Part shown: positions 58,184-64,000 of the stretch, one piece after another
Layout: each line of letters opens with the position of its first letter
Position numbering within the stretch: position 1 is the first letter of the stretch
Assembly: GCF_009914755.1 (NCBI RefSeq)
Contig: NC_060929.1
Strand: one strand, 5' to 3'
Length of the DNA: 64,000 bases
Source of the DNA: the human T2T-CHM13v2.0 reference genome, Homo sapiens
Notes under the pieces: model-generated
What the model saw: only the letters and a program-made list of their open reading frames with translations
Databases searched by the model: none
Told to the model about the DNA's origin: nothing
Position numbers and translations under genes: made by a program

Positions 58184-59372
58184 CTACATGACTCTTTCCT
58201 GTACCTCCTTTACACCTTTGCTGAAATTCCCCTTTTCAGCAAGGCCTTCACGGCCCATTCTATTTAAAATCACAGACCACCTCCTCCCTAAATTCCCAGT
58301 CCTCCTTCCCTGCCTCCTTTTCTTCTGAAACACTTATCAACTAGTGTATCAAATATTTTATGTTTATTTTTCTTTTCATCATCTCCCTCCCCTAGAAGCT
58401 AAGCATCACGAGGGCAGGGGTTTTATTTTGCTCAGTGCTGTAGCCCAGAGCTTGGCTCACAGCAGGAGCTCAGTGAGGATCTGTGGGATGAGCTGCATCT
58501 CTCCTGCCCGGTGCCTGGACACAGGGGGATGTGTGGACGGCTTGGGCAGACCAGCCTCCGGCCTCTGGTGCAGGCCCAGCTCAGGGCTTGGTATCGTGAG
58601 CCAGAGCCTTTGAGGTAACTGGCAGGTCCTAGGGGTCCAGCAGCAGCCCCAGTCCTCCCTGTCTGATGTTGAGGCCATCCCCAGGCATTCGGCAAGAACT
58701 AGGGAGCCCACACCTGGGACAGTTCCAGATTCTTTCTGCTTCCACCTCTACCTGTGGTGGCTCTTCCCTTCTCTCTTCTCTTGCACAGGAGGAAGGAGCA
58801 GCTGCCATCTCATTAGTCTTGATCACCCTTGCCTGCCCGATATCCCCTCCGTGTCTCCAGCATTCAAACCTATCTGATATCTGACCACAGAGTGGAGAGT
58901 TTGTTAAAAATGCAGATTCCACCCCCAGGCTTTCTGACTAACTGGTCAGGGATGCCCAGAACCTGTGTTCTTCACAAGCTCCTGGAGAATGGCTGCTGTG
59001 CAGCCACATCTGGAAGCTGCTGGTTTAAAGTTGTTGGAGCTGGCCTTCAGAATAGGGCTCTGGGTCAGGAGACCTGGGCTGAAGCTGCAGCTCCGTCAGC
59101 AGCCTGCTGTGTAACCCTGAGCTGGTTGTTTTGCCTACCTCACTGCCTCCCTGATGGGCATGGGAGGAGTACTTGCCTCCCAGACTGTGAGTCTGTGGGT
59201 CTGAGTCTGGGAAATGACTGTTTCCCTTGAACCTGGAGTGTATGTCTCTCCCCACCTCAGGGTCCTACTTCAGGGAGCCTGGATTGTCTTCCTCCTGGGG
59301 GTCCTGCCTGGGCCTTTTTTGTAGCCTCCTCCTCTCAACTCACCTTCCTTCCCGGCTCCTTCTGCTTCTCAG

Positions 59373-59518
59373 GTAAGACTCGGACCAAGGACAAGTACCG
59401 CGTGGTCTACACCGACCACCAACGCCTGGAGCTGGAGAAGGAGTTTCATTACAGCCGTTACATCACAATCCGGCGGAAATCAGAGCTGGCTGCCAATCTG
59501 GGGCTCACTGAACGGCAG
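59373..59518 (+). CDS. CDX1: CDX1 exon 2 (homeodomain N-arm, helices 1-2, start of helix 3)
   Basis: Long pyrimidine tract then ctcag|; encodes (G)[48 protein letters not shown]; CAG|gtgtgt; 146 nt. Confidence 0.98.
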
Positions 59519-60078
59519 GTGTGTCTGTCTTCCTATCTCAGCCATAGGAGCAGTGCGAGGACTCTGGTCTCCAGGCTGCCAGGCAGAGTACAGAGCTCAG
59601 TAGAAGGAAAACAGAGAGGTTGAGTCTCCAGGCCATTGTCACACAGCACAGCAGAAACTGAGGTGCTACCAGCACCCTCCCTTAACAAAACCCAGTATCC
59701 TTGCCCCCAAAGGCAGGGGTAAGGGGATCTGATTAGCCACAGGCTACAGCAGGCTATTATTAGTGCTGTAGGAGGTGCACGTGCTATTTACATTAGGGGA
59801 GCAGTCACAGGGATAACAAGGAAGGCTTCCTGGAAGAAGTGTGGCCTGGGAAGATGGAGAGGGGGAAGGTTACAAAGAAGGGCATCTCCAGGGTAGGGGT
59901 GCAATGTCTAGAGGGGGAGAATGAATTCAGGGTCCATGTGGTCTGGGAGGCTGGAGAGGAGATAAGCCACAAAGCCACATGGAGAAATAGGGGCTCACTG
60001 TCCTCGTCTCTCCTTCTTGCACTCTCTCTTTCACTCTCTCCCTGCTGCCCACTCCATCTCTGTCCTCCAACCCCACAG

Positions 60079-60285
60079 GTGAAGATCTGGTTCCAAAACC
60101 GGCGGGCAAAGGAGCGCAAAGTGAACAAGAAGAAACAGCAGCAGCAACAGCCCCCACAGCCGCCGATGGCCCACGACATCACGGCCACCCCAGCCGGGCC
60201 ATCCCTGGGGGGCCTGTGTCCCAGCAACACCAGCCTCCTGGCCACCTCCTCTCCAATGCCTGTGAAAGAGGAGTTTCTGCCATAG
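60079..60285 (+). CDS. CDX1: CDX1 exon 3 coding part (recognition helix and C-terminus)
   Basis: acag|; [27 protein letters not shown]...VKEEFLP*. 445+146+207 = 798 nt = 265 aa plus stop. Confidence 0.98.
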   Translation: MKIWFQNRRAKERKVNKKKQQQQQPPQPPMAHDITATPAGPSLGGLCPSNTSLLATSSPMPVKEEFLP

Positions 60286-61080
60286 CCCCATGCCCAGCCT
60301 GTGCGCCGGGGGACCTGGGGACTCGGGTGCTGGGAGTGTGGCTCCTGTGGGCCCAGGAGGTCTGGTCCGAGTCTCAGCCCTGACCTTCTGGGACATGGTG
60401 GACAGTCACCTATCCACCCTCTGCATCCCCTTGGCCCATCTGTGCAGTAAGCCTGTTGGATAAAGACCTTCCAGCTCCTGTGTTCTAGACCTCTGGGGGA
60501 TAAGGGAGTCCAGGGTGGATGATCTCAATCTCCCGTGGGCATCTCAAGCCCCAAATGGTTGGGGGAGGGGCCTAGACAAGGCTCCAGGCCCCACCTCCTC
60601 CTCCATACGTTCAGAGGTGCAGCTGGAGGCTGCTGTGGGGACCACACTGATCCTGGAGAAAAGGGATGGAGCTGAAAAAGATGGAATGCTTGCAGAGCAT
60701 GACCTGAGGAGGGAGGAACGTGGTCAACTCACACCTGCCTCTTCCTGCAGCCTCACCTCTACCTGCCCCCATCATAAGGGCACTGAGCCCTTCCCAGGCT
60801 GGATACTAAGCACAAAGCCCATAGCACTGGGCTCTGATGGCTGCTCCACTGGGTTACAGAATCACAGCCCTCATGATCATTCTCAGTGAGGGCTCTGGAT
60901 TGAGAGGGAGGCCCTGGGAGGAGAGAAGGGGGCAGAGTCTTCCCTACCAGGTTTCTACACCCCCGCCAGGCTGCCCATCAGGGCCCAGGGAGCCCCCAGA
61001 GGACTTTATTCGGACCAAGCAGAGCTCACAGCTGGACAGGTGTTGTATATAGAGTGGAATCTCTTGGATGCAGCTTCAAG

Positions 61081-61137
61081 AATAAATTTTTCTTCTCTTT
61101 TCAAAAATGTATAAAAATCATTATACATAGCATTAAA
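61081..61137 (+). terminator. CDX1: CDX1 polyadenylation signals
   Basis: AATAAA 61081-61086 and ATTAAA 61132-61137 at the AT-rich end of the 3'UTR; GT/T-rich sequence follows at ~61183-61208. Confidence 0.8.
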
Positions 61138-63573
61138 GAAACATTTTTGAGAAGTACAAATCATCCTCACCTTCCCCAGCAATTGTGTATTCCTTTCCCG
61201 TTTGTTTAGGCCCACAACAAGGTCACCTTTAAAATACATTTGAAAGATCAAAACAGAACACCATTCGTTTAGGTCTATGAGACTACGTAAAAATGTGAGT
61301 CCATTTTGTAAGCAGATTCATCAGACTCAACATATCAGTCTTTTGAATTTTTCAGATATGTTCAGTTCAGGTTTTTCTTTCAATAATGACATTCATTGCT
61401 CACCCCATGTGCTACGCGTGGCTGGGCCTGGGAAGCACACAGTCCTTGTCCCCTAGACTGGAGAAGGGGTGCGAGATCATGTCTTGGGAAGATGTGGAGG
61501 GGGAAGGTTACAGAGAAGGGCATCTCCAGGGTAGGAGAGCAAGATCTAGAGGGGGAGAATGCATTCAGAGTCCATGTGGTCTGGGCAGCTGGAGCAGGAG
61601 AGAAGCCACAAAGCCCCCCTCAGGGTCTGACTTCAGGGGTCCTGAATTGCTCTGCAGAAGTCCCCAGTCCAGTGGGGAAGACTGCTATGCACACAGATGA
61701 CACTAATATAACAGGATAAGGGCCAATCTGAGCGTCAGGGGAGCCAGGGCATCCAACGAGAGCAGAGCACATGCCTAGCTTATCCTGGAAGGCTTCCTGG
61801 AGTAGGTAATGTTTGAACTGAGACTGAAAAGGACTAGCGAGTATGGATCAGGCCAAGAAGGGAATAAAGGAGAAAAGGAACTTGAGCAATATGGACTGAA
61901 AGTATAATTTTTTTTGAACTCGGGAGTCTACTACCCGGGGCCTTCTCTCCCCGGGGGCTCTGGTGCCAGCTGCCTGCCCCTCTGTTTACTGTTCTGGGAG
62001 GTGGCCAGGCCATAAAAAGTGTGCACAGCCTGCCTGACATCGCCCTTTGCTCCCATGATAACAGTGCACAAGGTGGATCCTGGCCTGGCACAGGCCCCTG
62101 AAGTGCAGCAGGCACTTCTCTCTCTCCTCCTACCAGTGGCCTGGGAGACAGCGGGCATTCATTAGTAATGGTGGACACCTGAGGCTTGGGAAAGAACCAG
62201 GGTTCCAAGAGTAGAGGGGGAGGGGCTGGTGAAAAGGCGGCTGGCCCGGACTGAATAGAGTTTTCTGATCTTCAAAAAAATATGCTCTGTGACCCTAGGG
62301 TAACTGCTTCCCCTCTTTGGGCCCGCATTGCCCCATCTGTAAACTTGGGGAAGTTGTCTACCAGAAAGAAATAACTCTGGTCAAGTAAGTTTGGGAAATC
62401 CTGCTGAAGCCACTTCTCTGATAGAGTCACAGTGGGCCATTAGCACATCAAAGTCTCTGACAAGCCCCACAGCAAAGAAACCCCTTGAATTTTCTTTCAT
62501 CTGGCCTTCCCCGTGCTTTGCTACCTAGGAGGCCCCTACTCACACCTCCCAGCATCCCACTGAACTCCACACACTGCAGTGCTGGGATGTTCAGGCTGGA
62601 GGGCCTCACCTTCTCTGTGTCTCAGTATTTAGCAGCAGGTTTTGTCGTCAAATGGCCTGGATTTCAGCGTGACTACTTCCAAACTGCAAGACTTCAGGCA
62701 AGTTACTTAGCTTCTTGGAGCCTCGGCCTCCGCATGTGTCAAATGGAAATAAAATAGTCTAACTGAGCTTAGAATTGTGTTTCGCTCAGGGCCCAGCACA
62801 TAAGAAGTGCCTGTTTTTGAGCCACCTGCTCACGGGGCTGCTGCTGCATCCCAGTGTGAGAGGCTGGCAGGCGTGGCTGATGTTCTACCCACCTGAAGGA
62901 GGACAAGCCTGTCTCCGCATTAGGAAGACCTCTGCCCGGCAGGAGGTCAGTGGCCACTCCTCTGATAGAGTCACAGCGGCGCATTACCACATCAAAGGGT
63001 GAGCTGCAGCAGTTGCCCACATGGGAGGTCAGGAGGTTGGATGCGACCCACAGGTTGGGTTGGTGCTCACCTACCAATGGGTGTTTAGCCCCATGAAAAA
63101 GGAAACTCATCTAAGACAACTTCCAAGCAGTGCAACTTCCTGCCTTGTGCCTGGTGAGTTCCCTGTCACCCAGAGTTCCACCAGAGATTGGGGTGTTGTA
63201 ATGGCTTAGGAAAGAGACCCTTCAAGTCTAGTCAAATCTTACAGCCACCCCAGGGGTAAGAGGTGTTCAGCTCTCGTATCAGGAATGGCCCATGCTGCTT
63301 TGCGTACAGTGACTTTGTGCTGGCCCTCCAAGGCCCACAGACTGCTTACGTCTTCTAGCAAATCAGAATTGTGCATGTCAACACTGTTTACATACAATTT
63401 CAGGGAGTCCATAGACTCCTAACCCTGGGCTGAGAACCTGTCTTATGGAAAAGCCAATCCCATCATTGATTGCCGAGAGATTGGTGTGGACCGAGCAGAA
63501 CAGTTGCAGCACTACTCTAGGGAGGGACTTGGTGGGGAATGGAGTATTCTGAGGAGGGCTCCAGCAGTCAAGG

Positions 63574-63611
63574 GTGTGTGTGTGTGTGTGTGTGTGTGTC
63601 TGTGTGTGTGT
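63574..63611. repeat. (GT)n microsatellite
   Basis: ~13 GT units, one CT interruption, then 5 more. Confidence 0.92.
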
Positions 63612-64000
63612 AATGGGCTGTGATAGGGGTACAAGGGTTAGAACAGGAGGACTGTGGAGCTCTGAGGAAATCAGCCCGGCTCTGAGTGTTTGAGATGATC
63701 TGCCAGAGGGATGCAGAGCTGGGGAGCACAGCCAGCCTCCGCCAGGGCAGCTTTGGAGGGCAATCCCGTTCCAACCAGGCAGCTCTGGGATCACTTCCTC
63801 TGAACCACTCCAGATGGACTAGCAGCCTGGAACCTTGTTTTTTACAGTCGTCACTCCCTAGTGTGACAAAACACATGCTCTACAGTGATAAAATCTGAAT
63901 ATTTAAGCAAATTAAAAATGTTTATTTATATACATTTAAAAATATCTCCCTATATAATAAAAGGAAGTACATTTCATCTGACACTTTCCTTAAATCACAC

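Larger units (their letters stand above)
59847..61615 (+). repeat. ~130-bp direct repeat pair (59847-59976 and 61485-61615) flanking CDX1 exon 3
   Basis: Shared blocks GGGGGAAGGTTACA, AGAAGGGCATCTCCAGGGTAGG, TCTAGAGGGGGAGAATG, GTCCATGTGGTCTGGG and AAGCCACAAAGCC. Confidence 0.92.

Noticed and set aside
59839-60078. 148-aa ORF extending CDX1 exon 3 upstream
   Set aside because: Intron 2 sequence with a non-ATG start, containing the polypyrimidine tract and a repeat copy; likely a chance open frame.
61700-64000. Start of the next gene (SLC6A7 expected downstream, from recollection of 5q32)
   Set aside because: No recognisable exon or CpG-island promoter inside the window.

Overview
Human (primate) genomic DNA, recognisable as chromosome 5q32. 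The minus strand carries the 5' part of PDGFRB: non-coding exon 1 at ~32000-32462 and coding exons 2-14 down to position 846 (residues 1-675), with the gene continuing past the left edge. The plus strand carries the complete three-exon homeobox gene CDX1 (ATG 43481, stop 60285, 265 aa, polyA signals at 61081 and 61132). The genes are divergent, with TSSs ~11 kb apart. I placed all exon boundaries by hand on GT-AG sites, and they splice into continuous reading frames. The rest is Alu, MIR, L2, L1 and DNA-transposon relics plus simple repeats, and almost all other ORFs in the track are spurious. I found no new gene or new multi-component system. The most interesting structures are: (1) CDX1 exon 2 starts with GTAAG, so splicing rebuilds the exon-1 donor; (2) an out-of-frame ATG in good context 25 nt upstream of the CDX1 start; (3) a duplicated module in CDX1 intron 1 with one half inverted; (4) a ~130-bp direct repeat bracketing CDX1 exon 3; (5) several built-in routes to altered or soluble PDGFRB ectodomains; (6) an extended CTCF motif between the two promoters. 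Repeat family names and motif functions come from visual recognition and memory, not from a database search.
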